A DNA stretch of 64,000 nucleotides from Octopus sinensis (Eukaryota). Under the pieces are notes generated by a model, which had not been told where the DNA came from, ran no database searches, and was given only the letters and a program-made list of their open reading frames with translations. Location: assembly GCF_006345805.1 (NCBI RefSeq), contig NC_043006.1:91326001-91390000 (forward strand), in the 5' to 3' direction. Made by a program: the position numbers and the translations under genes. Shown here piece after piece: positions 25,535 to 39,640 of the stretch. Within the stretch, counting starts at the first letter, position 1, and each line of letters starts with the position of its first letter.

Positions 25535-27997
25535 TATGTATATTTAACTATTATGTAATAGAGTGATGGCTTAATAATGAGTAGTTTTATAAATAACTCT
25601 TTTTGTCTGAAAGATGAGAATCGCTAAGACGAAAACAAAAAGTCATAAATGTGTTTGCTCTGTGTAAATAAGTATTTTCACAGCAAAAATATAAGAAAAG
25701 AGATGTTACGTAAAATGGAACCATGAAATGGTAAGTAAAAGCATTAGTTGGCAAGAAAATTCACCAAACAAATATAGACTCGCCAACACACATGTATAGT
25801 ATATAGTTACCATACATACATACATGCATACATACACACACATACATACATAGAGCTATAGGTTGTGTGATTAGTAACGAATGTCTTAATGTTAAGATTG
25901 CATTCTGACATTTGATAAATGTTCTCTAATATACCAAAACATTATCATCATGGCTGACGTTTGCTACTTTCAATTACTTTACAACCACAAAAAAGTATTG
26001 AGATGCGATTGTACTCCCGGGGATTCTATCTGTTTCTGATCTCGTAGAAGTTGATAAAACTGGCGCGGCTCCCCCGCTGAGATGCTTCGAAGCTCAAAGG
26101 AGAACTTAAATTTATCTCTGTAAACCAACAAGAAGCTTATTAATTAAACATTAGGATAGATTCGTGTGACTCATTTGAGCATCGGACAAAACGCTCAGCA
26201 GTATCTAATTATGGCGCTTTACGTTCTGAGTTCAAATCTCACCAGGGCTTATTTTTCTTAATTGTCTTGCAGGGGCTGACAAGATAAGGCATCATTCACG
26301 TGCTGTGGTGGATTTAATGGACTGTATACCGTCTGTCAGATGGTCACGCTCGGAACACCTTTGATCGTAGGTCTACTGAATCAAAACTCACATTAGCAGC
26401 AGCAGCAGCAGCAGTAGCAGCAGCAGCAGTAGTAGTAGTAGTAGCAGCAGCAGCAGCAGCAGCAGCAGGAACAACATATCAAACTGCCATCTTTCAGTCA
26501 TTTGCAATGTCGCCGCCTCGAAGAATTGTAACATACTGCGTCCTTGTTTTCTTGCTAAATTTTGTAAGAAATAGGAATAGCAGTATGATAGGTGTCTGAT
26601 GTTTATCCCAAGGGCAATTCTAATCAAACAAACATTCGATCAAAGTCATTCCATTGATGATCATCACTTCTTTTTAAGACTATATAAAACCACAGCTAAT
26701 CTTTTGAAAGCGAACATGACTGGTGGCAACTATTATCCTTTCGTTAATTACTTTCGGTGTTTATGTATTAAGTTGTCAGAGAAATTCGTTCGCACCTTTT
26801 CACTGTTATTTGAAGTCACACGACAAGTATTTTGGAATGTATTTCCTCCCTTGATCGTGTCTTCACACCAAGATGAATTCAAAAGTCTCACCCTTAACTT
26901 AGAAAGCCCAATAAATATTTTAAAACCCGGTACTTATTCTATCGGCTATTTCTTCAGAACAAACACAGATGCTATGGCACACACACGTATGTATCTACGA
27001 CGGGCTTCCACACAGTTTCCGTCATGCAAATTCGCTCACAAGGTTATAAGTAGTAGGCAGCTGGCCGCACAGTAAGACTTAACTCAAAACTTCGTGGTTG
27101 CAGACAGAGTTTCTTATTCACAAAGTTCAGCTTTAAGACTCAATCTATAATTTAATTTTAATTTTTTTATCTTTTAATTTGAAGAGAATTTTCCATAATC
27201 TCTGAGACTGATGGGAGAGAGGAGAGAAGGGAGGAAGGGATCCTCAAAACGGAGACCTGACCCAGATTCTTGCAAACAGTGTGCACTTCATTGAAGGAAC
27301 CCGAGATGTCAACGAGTAGCGTGAAACTGAGCGACGGATTTAGTCGACCGTCCAAGCCAGCCAGGGTGAGATTTGCACTCACAAGAGAAGAACCTGCACA
27401 AATGCCACAAAGCATTTGGTCCTACGCTTTCACAGATTCATCATACTGGAGTTGAGTCTCATGTTTTTGATAAGTTCCGAAAGGAGGAAAAACAAAGAAT
27501 TTATCTCGGTGGACTTGAACTCATAGCGCAGAGCGTGGGAGTAAACTTTACAAGACGTTCTACTCGAGACTCTAACAACTCTTCTTATTCACCGATATAA
27601 GTTACACATCAGGAAAATTGTAAAAATTCCTAATTCTTCTCGGTATCGATGCTCTTCACAGGTCCTTATGGCATTGCAATTTGTCCCTAGATTAATAAAC
27701 GCACCCTCAAGCATTGATGCTGAGGATCGTTCGTTGTTGTTCGGCGCTTTTGACTTGAAAAGAAAAGGACCCACACACCAGCATTATACATCCTTCAGGA
27801 AAGAAATGTACCCACGCCCCGATATATACGCACCTACATGTATTCCACAGTATGTATATAGATTAGCAAAGGGCCCCTATACAAGTGGAACCCTTGGGAA
27901 ACTTCCCGGGGTACTCATGGTTTAAGACTGCACAATTCACAACATATTAACTTTAAAAGCAGTCATTTAGAGCAGATGAGAGAGCGAACGAGTCATC

Positions 27998-28040
27998 AAC
28001 CCATCCACCCACTCGTCCGTCCATCCATCCATCCATCCAT

Positions 28041-28076
<36 letters not shown>

Positions 28077-28088
28077 CCATCCATCCAT

Positions 28089-28124
<36 letters not shown>

Positions 28125-28160
28125 CCGTCCATCCATCCATCCATCCACCCACTCGTCCAT

Positions 28161-28196
<36 letters not shown>

Positions 28197-28255
28197 CCAT
28201 CCCTATCCGTCCATCCATCCGTCTATCCATCCATCCATCCATCCATCCCTATCCG

Positions 28256-28288
<33 letters not shown>

Positions 28289-28320
28289 CCATCTATCCAT
28301 CCATCCACCCACCCGTTCAT
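27998..28320. repeat. (ATCC)n microsatellite
   Basis: Direct reading; source of the MDGW and PSIH ORFs. Confidence 0.95.
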
Positions 28321-28730
28321 CCTCCTCTGCCTCCCCCTCCAATCATCCAAACAGACATAATCCATCCCTCGTCGACCTTAATCCTGTCTGAACGAAACGA
28401 ATTCAGCAGCGTGCATGCCAACGAATAATACCTTGTCACCATCGTTTCCATTCAAAAACTGTTGGCATGTGTGTGTATTTATGTGTGTTCTGGTTATATT
28501 TTTAAAATTTTCTCACCGAATTCCAACCAAGAAAGAAGGCGGTTTCACTGGAATTTAGGCAACATCAATTAGCTAGTCGTGTATGTATGTATGTATGTAT
28601 GTATGTATGTATGTATGTATGTATGTATGTATGTATGTATGTATGTATGTATGTATGTGAGTAATTTGTATTTGAGTGTATGTACACATATGTTTATACA
28701 TACATAATACATACACACATGCACACACAC

Positions 28731-28763
<33 letters not shown>

Positions 28764-29639
28764 TGTATGTATGTATAAATAAATGCATGCATATATGTGT
28801 ATGTGTTTGTACAGAGTTCTCATATAACCTTATATAATCACGTGGATAAAATGCCTGATGGAGGAAGAGATAGATAGAAAGATAGATAGATAGAAAGTAA
28901 GATAGGTAGATGGACAGATAGGCAGATAGATAGAAAAGGAGAGTGAGTGGAAGAGTAAGAGAAAGAAAGAGATCGAGAGAGAGAGAGGGAGAAAGACAGA
29001 AAGCGAAAAAGTAAGAAGAAGAATGAGTGAGAGGATTTAAATGAAGCTGACACGTTTAGCGTTGGTGATAAAATCACGTTTAAGATCGCAAAGATAATTC
29101 ATTTTATCCACTTTTAACGTTCATTTAAACATCGCTGGAATCTGCCTATCTTTGAAAATTCTATTTTTATGCATTAAACAAATATATAAAGTTACATACT
29201 ACAAAAGAAGACGAATCACCATTCTTATTTGTGACTCACCTTGATCATAAGATAGTATGACTTACCTCACTAACCATAATGTGACAGTGTCCCGTCTTAC
29301 GACGAATTAATTAAAACCAATTCTGTATATTGGTTTTTATTATAATTTTAAATGAATTTGAATTTCAAAGTTGTCTCTCTTGCATGCCTATCCGAGAACT
29401 TTCATTAACGCCAAATATTTTCTTTGCATTTGTAGTTAGAAGAAGGCAACTTAAGGAGTTAAAATTTACAATAAAAAAATAATTTCAAAATTCTCGGGTG
29501 GCTTTAGATGAGCTACACCTAGTAAGGGGTCAGAGGAAAAAAAAGTAGATCGCATACCAGGGGAAGCCAATCAAAGGGAGTAGTCTAAAGAATAACAGTG
29601 GAATGTTAAAGGGGTGGCGATATCAAACTTTGGATGGTA

Positions 29640-29810
29640 TTATCAACTTAGAGTGAATGGGGGGAGGTAAGTCAAGACGATATTCGTAGGTAAGAAGTTC
29701 TGTCTACTAAATTGTAAGCGCTGGGCAGAACTCTCTGTTGGTTAACTATCATTGTGATCGTTATTGCATAAAACCAGGTACAAGACAGATAGGAAGGTAT
29801 GTTCCTTCGA
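29640..29810 (-). pseudogene. Possible highly decayed PLE GIY-YIG remnant
   Basis: KEHTFLSVLYLVLCNN...TESSAQRL loosely resembles the HFTCxSxNVIYxIxC...GET pattern. Confidence 0.25.
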
Positions 29811-30667
29811 TATAGTATACTAATCAAGTATAATAAGAGCGGTTGGCCGGGGTACAGGTAAAAAGGGGGATGGTGGAAAACATGAGACTAAAAGGTAGAT
29901 TAAAGGGCTGTACGTTTAGGAATGGACCTAGGGTTGGGACTATTATCGAGGTTGTTTAATGCCTTATTTAAACGTGAGGATAAACCTACGTATACAGGAA
30001 AGGCGAAGGTCTAGTTTTTTATTTAGTAGATTTTCACTAATAAATCTTTTTACAACTTCGAATAGCTCCATGCAACAAAGTCCGCATCCGCATCTATTGT
30101 GACCCTAATTATATCCATACTTAAATCAAATTTAACATTGTCGTCTTTTGTCTTCGTTGCTAGAGACGTCCTGCCAGCAATTTAAAAGATGAGAAGTGGC
30201 TGCATTTTCTATACCCCGGCCCTACTCTGAATCGACTTCTATATTGTTACTGTATTATGGTTTTATTTTATTTATTTTCCGTGTTTTTCATTTGCATTTT
30301 ATCTTTACAGTTAATATCTTTTTTCTTTTTATTTCTTTATTTTTATTATTTTTTTCACCCTACGATTGATTCATTTATCTCCTTGTTTTTTCCCCTTAAT
30401 AGCTTTTCATGAGCCCCATCCCTAGGCACCACCTTTTCATGCCCTGCGATAAATTATCTTCAAAATACCCACTCAAGTCTACACTTGCTCTAGTTTTACT
30501 GACTCCTTCTTTCCCGGACCCCTGACCTTAAATTTCGTACTGTATTTTCTCAAGAACTACCTCTAACGGCTAACATTGTTGGTCATTTCCTTTTCCATAG
30601 CTCGGCCTCGACAGACACATCTCTGCTGTATTCCTGAGATATCTCTTCGTTCTGTAAAAATTATGTT

Positions 30668-30750
30668 CTCATCTGATGACTACGGTCTTTTATAATGATG
30701 TCACGGACTCATTCTTCATTAAAAGTTACGTAAGAAACAGCTGTAATGTG
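30668..30750 (+). ncRNA. Hammerhead motif with extended stem II
   Basis: ctcat-CTGATGA-[ctacg..ctttta..taaaag..cgtaa hairpin]-GAAA-CAGCTG-TA-atgtg. Stem I pairs 4 of 5. Confidence 0.55.
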
Positions 30751-30823
30751 CTGACACCTATCCAACGTGCATTTTCTTATTCATTTCATTATATATATAT
30801 ATATATATATATATATACAAAGC

Positions 30824-31626
30824 AAGGAAGAAAATGGAGAAGATAATTAATTGACAAACATCAACTAGATCCATTTATTAATTAGTTACAATCATATGAA
30901 TAAATAAATAAATAAGAATAAATGAGTGATTATAACTCTGCTCTTACAGCTGTTTCTAATTGTGGGGCGGGGAGCAGCATGCCAAATTTGGCAAATACCA
31001 ATGTTATACAAAGATTGTACAAAAACTGAACAAAAATTGGACAGAAATTGAACCCCAAAGCTTCATCAGAAAGTCCATAATGGCAAGAATTAAACAAGTA
31101 AAAAAGTAAAGTAATGAAAATACTAAAGAATATTAAAAACTAAATTCCAAGATAATATTCCATTAACCCCACCCTATAACGTTTTATTTCTACTATGTCC
31201 CCCATTAGATTGAAATAAGATGTGATCTCACAAACTCTGGATATTATCTTGGAATTTACTTTTTACTATTCTTTAGTATTTTTATTATTTTGTCTTTATT
31301 ATTTTATTTTACTTTTTACTTGTTTAATTCTTGCCATTATGGACTCTCTGATGAAGCTTTGGGGTTCAATTCTTGTCCAATTTTTGTTCAATGTTTGTAC
31401 AATCTTTGTGTAATATTGGTGTCAACTTTGGCATGCTGGGCTCCCTAAGTAGAAACACCTGTAAAAGTAGAGTTATATTCTCTCATTTATCCTTATTTAT
31501 TTATTTATTCATTTATTTATTTATTTATTCATATTCATATGATTGTAGTTAATTAATAAATGGATATCTAGCAGATGTTTGTAAGCTGATGTTTTTCAAT
31601 TAATTACCTTCTCCATTTTCTTCCTT
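30824..31626. mobile_element. Foldback of two divergent PLE-like termini, each with a long-stem-II hammerhead-like motif
   Basis: Arms 30824-31161 and 31239-31626 are inverted. Motifs at 30941-31074 (-) and 31343-31468 (+): CTGATGA...~100 nt...GAAA CA(G/C)CTG TA. Confidence 0.7.
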
Positions 31627-32117
31627 ACCTTAAAAATGCTAGTTAAACATTTGTTTACCTCCACACATAACAATTATTCACTTGTATTATTGCCTTGCAA
31701 CAGTAAGTTTTTGAATATATATAGGTATACTCCCAGTAGCATATTGGATATTTTTTTATCCCTTAGATGGTTGTCTAACCTCTAACACATACATACGAGT
31801 ACATATACGAGTATATATATATAATTAAGATTCATTTTAGGTATTTAACTTGAGGCACTTTGCCAGTTCGGAACAGTCCTGCTACAGATATAACATAAGG
31901 AAATAATGCAATTATTTTGGTTTCTATTATTGCTGTAAATTTGCTGTAAATTTGTTTAAAATGGTTTATTCTTTATATCGAAATCTATACGGTCATCTGC
32001 TTCTGAACAGAGCGATTTCTTTCAAATTGATGTAATGTTTTCATTGATCAATTAAATGGAGCTGCTTGAAACGGCCGCAATGTATTGACACCTGTCCATT
32101 CTGGTTACGTATTTACA

Positions 32118-32174
<57 letters not shown>

Positions 32175-32375
32175 AGATAATTACCCGGCTCGTACAGAGT
32201 GTTGTGCAATAATTGTCATTTTCATTTTGTTGATTTCAAACCTTGCCGAGGTGATTTTTACCAATTGTCCTTTAGTGATTGGTACATATATATGTGTGTG
32301 ATGCCTGAGACAAAAAGTATGCCAACAACATTATATATAAACACAAAATATACATGTATATCCACACATAATATA

Positions 32376-32596
32376 GAGAGTGGCCCCAAAGTAGGTTTAC
32401 AATTATTCAGCTATCTCTTTCGCATTCATATATTAACATTTGACATATCAATTATAAAAAAAAAAATGAAACCATTATTCTTTGCTAATTTAGTTAAATT
32501 CGTCAAGTTCCCTTTCAGTTTCTCAGTAATATAATGCTTTAAAAGAAATTTAAAGTGCCTACGTAATAACTGTAAACCTACTTTTGGGCCTCCATG
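32376..32596. mobile_element. Tc1/mariner-type MITE
   Basis: ~29-bp TIRs (ggcccc/aaaagtaggtttaca) with TA on both sides. Confidence 0.8.
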
Positions 32597-33977
32597 TATA
32601 TAAAACATGTTTGTATATATTTATGCATCACTGGTATACAGCAATAAAAATATACATAAGTGTAATTCATGTTGTAATTGTTTTATTTTATTTTGTTTCA
32701 TTTTTTCTATTATATGTGGTTAAATATATCCACTTAGCAAGACTCTAAGGCTAATAGGCTTGTCCTTTTAGTAAATATTTCAAACCTACTTTGGAGATAA
32801 ATGTAAAAACATAACAAGTAATGTTGTCTCCAAACGTTTTAAAACCAGTCTTCACTGTTAGAGAAGAAATTTTACTATTCATAAATAACTATTTATAGAA
32901 GGAAGAGCAGAAATAATGACAATGAATTGAATAAAGAAATAAATATATAAATACAAACTGAATGAAGACAAGGAATCGAATGTGAAGCTGGCGATAGGCA
33001 TAAGGTGTCAAAAGTTCACATCAGAATTGATATTCTTCTAACTTTTACTTTAACGCCAATATAAGATTCGTCCAAGTCCGATGTTTAGCAAACACACGCA
33101 CACCAACGCTCGCGCAAAGTCACATAAGCATACATATACGCAAACAAACAAATGAGTGAATTTGGTAGCCGGACTGTGGAGATATATATATATATATATA
33201 TGAGAGGACAAATGCAAAGACACACAAGCACACATATACACCAGTTTTCGTATATCAACTTCTCCTACAAAACATTGGTCAGCCTGAGGCTGTAGACATT
33301 TGCACAATGGACAGCATAATGTTGTAGCCGGACTGCGGGGATATATATATATAAGTAAACAGTTTGTTATAGGCATGAATAAGATACAATATTATATAAA
33401 ACACTACTAACAATTAGAAAAGAGAAGAGAAGATGCTAAAAGTTCATATTAGAATTTAATTTCCACCTACGACCGTTTCAAATGTCTTATATATATATAT
33501 ACATTCCACCATCACTTGAAAATTGGTATTGGTTTGTTTACGTCTCCGTAATCTAGCGATTTGACAAACGTTACCGATAGAATAAGTATCAGACATAAAA
33601 ATAGTCCTGGAGTTGACTTGAGCGCCCCATTCAAGCCCTAGTACGTTTACAGTATAATGATTGAATCAAGGAAAAGATTGAAAAATAGCGAATATAGAAA
33701 GTAATAGAGCAAGCTACACCACCGGCTTTATTGGAACTCACCAGGAAATTGGTTTTCAATACTTTCAGTTGAAGTGTGTCAATAACTAGGTCGCAGAAGC
33801 GCGACGAAATATTTGCCATATTAAGAAATAAGTTTAACTAAATATTACAGTGTTTGTGTTATTAAAAGTCTAGAAAGACTTTTCATTAATGCAAAGCGAC
33901 GATGTGAACATTTATATGCACCAAAGAAACTTCAAGCAAGGTGAGGCTTTATATATATATATATATATATATCTTTC

Positions 33978-34076
<99 letters not shown>

Positions 34077-34112
34077 TGTATGTATATATACGTATATATA
34101 TATATACACACA

Positions 34113-34162
<50 letters not shown>

Positions 34163-34196
34163 TATATATATTACATATATATATATATACACACAC

Positions 34197-34231
<35 letters not shown>

Positions 34232-34238
34232 CACACAC

Positions 34239-34272
<34 letters not shown>

Positions 34273-34313
34273 GTATATATAAATGACATATATACTTATA
34301 TATATATATAGCT

Positions 34314-35930
34314 TTCATTGACTTTATGAAGGCCTTTGATTCTGTGGATCGTCAATGCCTGATGAAGATCTTACAGGCTTTATGGAATCACCAAAAAGAC
34401 AGTGGGCTTGATATCCCTGCTCTCCACCAACACCAATGCCCGTTACACCTAACGGGATGACGGCGTGCTTTAAAATACTGGCTGGAGTGCTCCAAGGAGA
34501 TACATTGGCTCTCCCTTCCTTTTTATTATCGTAGCGGATTACTGTATGCGCCTTGCGTTGAAGAAACACCAGGTTCTGGCTTTACTTTAGCGTCGGCTCA
34601 GAACAGGAGGGTGAGGGCTAAAAAGATATCAGATGCTGGATTTAATGATGATATAGTTCTGGTGACAAACACAGTGAGGGGGAACAGAGGAGTTGATGCA
34701 GGATGTGGACACTGTGTCGATGAGTGTTGTTTGTTGTTTGTTGTTTGTTCCTTCTGGAACCACTCCGGGCTCATCAGGGCCGGTTTCCCGGTTTCTTGGC
34801 GTACAGATTTCCCACCTGGACGGGTCTCCGGTCCGTAGCAGGTGAGCTGCAAGACGCAGGAGGAAAGAGTGAGAGAAAGTTGTGGCGAAAGATTCAGCAG
34901 AATTTTGCCATTACCTTCTGCCGGAGCAGCGTTGAGCTTAGGTGTTTCACTCATAAACACACACCTCGCCCGGTCTGAGATTCGAACCTACGATCCCTCG
35001 ACCGCGAGTTCGCTGCTCTAACCACTAGGCCACGTGCCTCCACAAATAAATAAATGCGCCCTTTTAAAGCGTAGCCAGGCTCATGGGCTCAGTAGTTTCC
35101 CGGTTTCTATGGCGTATGTGTTCCCCAGCCAGTCCATCGCAGCGTTACTCATTTTTGCCAGCTGAGTGGACTAGAGGAATGTGAAATGAAGTGTTTTGCT
35201 CAAGAACACAATGCGTCACCCGGTCCAGGAATCGAAACCACAATCTTACGATAATGATGCCGGCACCCTAACCACTAAGTCACGCGCCTCCACTCGATGA
35301 GTGTGGAGGCTGACAATGAATGAGATTAAGACGAAGTATCTGGTAGAGAACATTAAGAAACCATAGAGGATTAGCGGGAAGCCACTAGAGTTGGTTGAGG
35401 ACTTTCTGTATCTGGGAGCAAAGATTGGGAACACAGAGGGGGATGTAGTTGAGAGGAAGAGCAAAGCCTGGGCGGCATGCCATAGCTTTGAGATCTGTAT
35501 GGAAGTCGGACCTCTTCGTTGCTGCAGTGGAGGCTGTGATGTTATACGGGTTTGAGACTTGGAAACTGACTAAGAAACTCACTCAGATGGTGGATGGGTG
35601 CTACACGAGAATGCTGAGGATGGCTATGGACATTAATCAGTATAGACTGAGGATGAAGAACTCAAAGCTGTAGGAGAGCCTCCCGAAAGTTAGCTTGAAA
35701 ATAACACAGAGGAGACTGAGGTTAGCTGGACATGTTCATTGTTATTCAGAGTTGATACTGCATTCAGTGCTGCTGTGGAACCCCCTACATAAAGACACTA
35801 GAAAAGGGAGACCGAGGATGACATATGTTGATGCCCTAAGGACAGACACTGGTCTCTGGGAGACACAGGACATGGCAGCGATGATGAAGGACAAAGACAG
35901 CTGGAGAGAACTCTCAGGAATTTTACCCGC
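34314..35930 (+). pseudogene. RTE-clade LINE reverse transcriptase fragment interrupted by a SINE dimer
   Basis: [29 protein letters not shown] (FADD-like), then EDFLYLG, VMLYGFETW, RRLRLAGH and GRPRMTY. Confidence 0.85.
34728..35293 (-). mobile_element. Heterodimer of two tRNA-derived SINEs
   Basis: Two GTGGAGGC...TAGTGGTTAG heads, with (ATTT)n and (AAAC)n tails. A single 11-bp TSD tcgatgagtgt lies at 34717-34727 and 35294-35304. Confidence 0.85.
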
Positions 35931-37440
35931 CCTAGAAATATGTACATATATCAAACAAGGTGGCATCATAGGAAGGCTGAAACAGTGTGAAGAAGAGTGT
36001 TGTGGCTAGCGGTATATAAGAACATTTGATAGTATGATAGATGCAGTGATATGCTGGTGTATAGATATGTTTGTTTAGAAATATATCGCATCATTCTCAC
36101 TTTCATGAAGGTGAACAAATTGGAAGTTATGAGGTGGATGTGTTTCCGAGTAAGAATTGAAACCGAGTAAGAACCATCCATAAAAATAAATTAACTTCTA
36201 TATAACAGTAGAACTCAGCGTATGTATTGATTTATCATATAATTACAGATATTGATTTCTAATACACATTTTCTCTGTTATACACACATACAAACAAGTG
36301 CTGACTTACATGCACATGCGCACAACGCACAAGACACACGCGCACATCTATTATTGTGATTACGTGACAGATGTCAACTGGCGCGTGCTTGGTTAAATAT
36401 AATTTAGAAGTATCGTTTAAACAGTTTTATATTCAGAGCAGTTCTTAAGTGCGAATCTTAAAACTGAGGAATTGTTCACACCGAGTTTTCATCACATCAG
36501 AAAAATTATAGGAATGGCAATTTTCTGAAAGTGAGATTACAAGAGACGAAGTGTTGCTAAATGTAGAGGTGAAGTTTCTGAACTACGCATTAGTATTGAT
36601 TTTTAGCTTCGTCAAACAGTTCCAATTTAGGAAAAGGAAGGAAGGAAGAAGTATATGTTGTCAACAGAAGAGACCAGCGTACAATATAGGGACTAATTCG
36701 ATAGGAATACGAGATGAAGTGCGCCCCAAGAAAGAGCAGTAATCCCTTTTATTTGTGGCCATGCTGGGGCACCACTTTGAAGGGTTTAATCGAACAAATC
36801 GATTGTAGTACTTTTTAAAACTTTGTTACTTATTCCATCGTCTCTTTCTGTCAATCCGCTAAGCTATGAGGACGTAAATAAACTAATACCGGTTGTCAAG
36901 CGATGAGAGGACAAATTCAAAGGCACACAAGCACACATATACACCAGTTTTCGTATATCACCTTCTGCCACAAGACGTTGGTCAGCCTGAGGCTGTAGGC
37001 ATTTGCACAACGGACAGCAAAATGTTGTAGCCGTTGTTGTTCTTTAGCTTCGGATTCACTAAGCTTTGATCAAAAGTGAAAGATTTCCAATTGTGACCAT
37101 CCAGTTTTATTTTACAGACATAATGTACCCAGGACTAACCATGCAGCCAGCCTTGACTTATTGAAGGCGGTAGGCTGTGATCTCTCAGTGTTCCAGTCGT
37201 GATCATCCAATTTATTTTTCAAACACTACTATATCTAGGACTATTTCTAACAATCTGTCCTGCTTTATCTAAGGTAGATAAACCCGAGGGAGATTTGTAG
37301 GTAAATGACCCCTTAGAAGCTTCCTTGTTGGTCTATGATGTAATTAGGAATAAAATATAAAATGATTGCTAAATGACGATTATTTTGTTTAATTGAACTT
37401 GATAAATATTTCACAAAGTTTACTATTTTCTAAATAGCAG

Positions 37441-37570
37441 GTGCAGGCGTGGCTGTGTGGTAAGAAGTTTGTTTCTCAACCACATAGTTTTAGGTTCAGT
37501 CCCACTATACATTCGGGCCGACTAAAGCCTTGTGAGTGGATTTGCAGACGGAGACTGAAAAGAGACTCGT
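37441..37570 (+). mobile_element. tRNA-derived SINE (gcaggcgtggctgtgtggtaag family); related copy at 52275-52430
   Basis: Head plus ggccgactaaagccttgtgagtggattt body. Confidence 0.75.
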
Positions 37571-37635
<65 letters not shown>

Positions 37636-38319
37636 AAATAGTAAAAAGTGAAAAAACTACAGAAGGCTTGTTTTAAAAGGTTAAAAAATATATAATTGAG
37701 TCAATATGTCTTGATGACAACCAACATTATGAAAAAATCACCAACTACACCCCACAAAAAATAACGAAAACTCTATCTTCACTAATTAAAACCCATGAAA
37801 AGGAACTAACAACCAAAGAGATTGACTTTCTAACAAACTTTAAATGCAAACCTAGCCTCTTCTATGGTCTGCCAAAAATTCATAAAAGCCAATTATAATG
37901 AAACCATAAAAAATCACCAAAGACATACATACACACACCTAACCCGGGGGACCTAAAACTACGACCCATTTAGCTGGCCCACCTGTGAAACACACAGACT
38001 AAGTCTATTTATGGACCTCCTCCTGAAATCCTTCCTTAAACATATCGATAGCCATATCAGAGATGACTTAGATAGTTTAAACCACCTTCCAAAAAAAGCC
38101 AAGGAAGAAACAATCATGGTTTCATTTGATGTAGTTAACTTATATACCAGTATACTCATAATTATGGACTAGAGGCAATAGAGTTCTGGCCTGGACCAAT
38201 TTCCGGAAGAATACCAAAAAGGATCAGTAAAGAATTCATCACTAATCAATTGAATTCATCCTACATAATAACCACTTCATGTTTGACAATACATTTTACG
38301 TCAAAAATCCGGAATTGCT

Positions 38320-39105
38320 ATGGGTACAAGGGCAGCACCAGTCATTGCGAACCTAACAATGGGCTACCTGGAAATAATCATTTACCAGGAATCGTTATCA
38401 ATCTTTGGAAACCCCCTCTCTCAATACATAAAAGAGAATTGGAAACGATTCCTGGACGATTGTTTTATACTCTGGAATGAAAACACAGATAAACTCCTAA
38501 AATTCAAAAACCTATTGAACAGCATAAACCCAAATATACAGTTCACAATGGAATACAACAAAAAGGAGCTCCCATTCTTGGATATACTAATTAAAAAAAT
38601 TAACCTTAAAATAGAAACATACATTTTTTACAAAGCCACAGACGCCAAACAATACCTTCTTTTTGATTCATGCCACCCAAGACACACTAAAACAAACATC
38701 CCCTTCAACCTTGCAAGAAGGATATGCACAATAGTGTCAGAACAAAATACCAGGAACTTTAGACTACAAGAACTCAAAAACACCCTAATTGACAGACATT
38801 ACCCAGCTCAACTCATAGAGGATGGGATCAGACGTGCAACAGAAATCAACATAGAAACTTTGAGAAAAGTTCAACACAACAACACACCTTCCCCGAAAAT
38901 ACTACCTTACATATCCACATACAACCCCAGAAACAAAGAAGCCTTCACCATCATCACCCAGAATTTACCAATACTTCATAAGGACCCCAAATTAAAGGAA
39001 ATTCTAAACATACACCAAATCATTAAAAGCTACAAACAACCTAAATCACTTAAAAAGATTCTCACAAAGGCAAAATTGTTTTCTGAAATTACGGATGCAA
39101 AGTAA
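38320..39105 (+). pseudogene. PLE reverse transcriptase, longest open segment
   Basis: 261-aa ORF with FLDD catalytic motif; frameshifts upstream and downstream. Confidence 0.9.
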
Positions 39106-39133
39106 AAAAATGTGGTAGACCGAACTGTGCAAC

Positions 39134-39556
39134 ATGTCCAAACCTGCTAGAAGGATCAGAATTCCTCTTCAAAGAGGGACAGAAATTCAAGATCAAATCT
39201 ATTTATTTACTTGTGCCTCTGAAAACATAATTTATGTCATAAAATGCTCGGGCTGCCACCAAGACTACGTGGGGTCCACGGGACTATCACTCAGACGTAG
39301 ATGCACACGGCATCGACAACAGATTGCATTCCCAGAATACAGAATGATACCCTTTAGTGAGCACATTGAGAAATGCGCAAAGCAACTACTACCACAATTT
39401 TTAATCTTTCCATTTTACCAATGTGCAATCGGAACACCAGCACAAATTAGACTAAACAAGGAAACATTCTTCATTGAAAAATACAAGCCCAAACTTAACC
39501 ATTCCAACATACTTACACAGAGAAATTCACTCCGAAGAAAAGGCAAGAAATTTTAA
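39134..39556 (+). pseudogene. PLE GIY-YIG endonuclease segment
   Basis: FTCASENIIYVIKCSGCHQDYVGSTG...R...RLNKETFFI...LN. Confidence 0.88.
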
Positions 39557-39640
39557 GCGATTATCTCCCTTACACCGGAAGAAATCACTTATTACCTCCC
39601 CTTATCTGGAACTCATCTCAACATAAACATAACGATATAA

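Noticed and set aside
26599-27075. 158-aa plus-strand ORF
   Set aside because: No recognisable motif, and it runs through a SINE remnant (ggtacttattctatcgg).
29234-29321. Two strong minus-strand donors (GGTGAGT, GGTAAGT), one preceded by ATG GTT AGT GAG
   Set aside because: Such 7-mers are expected by chance in 64 kb, and no partner exon could be linked.
34750-34800. GAAA...CTGATGAG in the SINE tail as a hammerhead
   Set aside because: No UH cleavage triplet and no stem I; the element order does not fit any HHR type.
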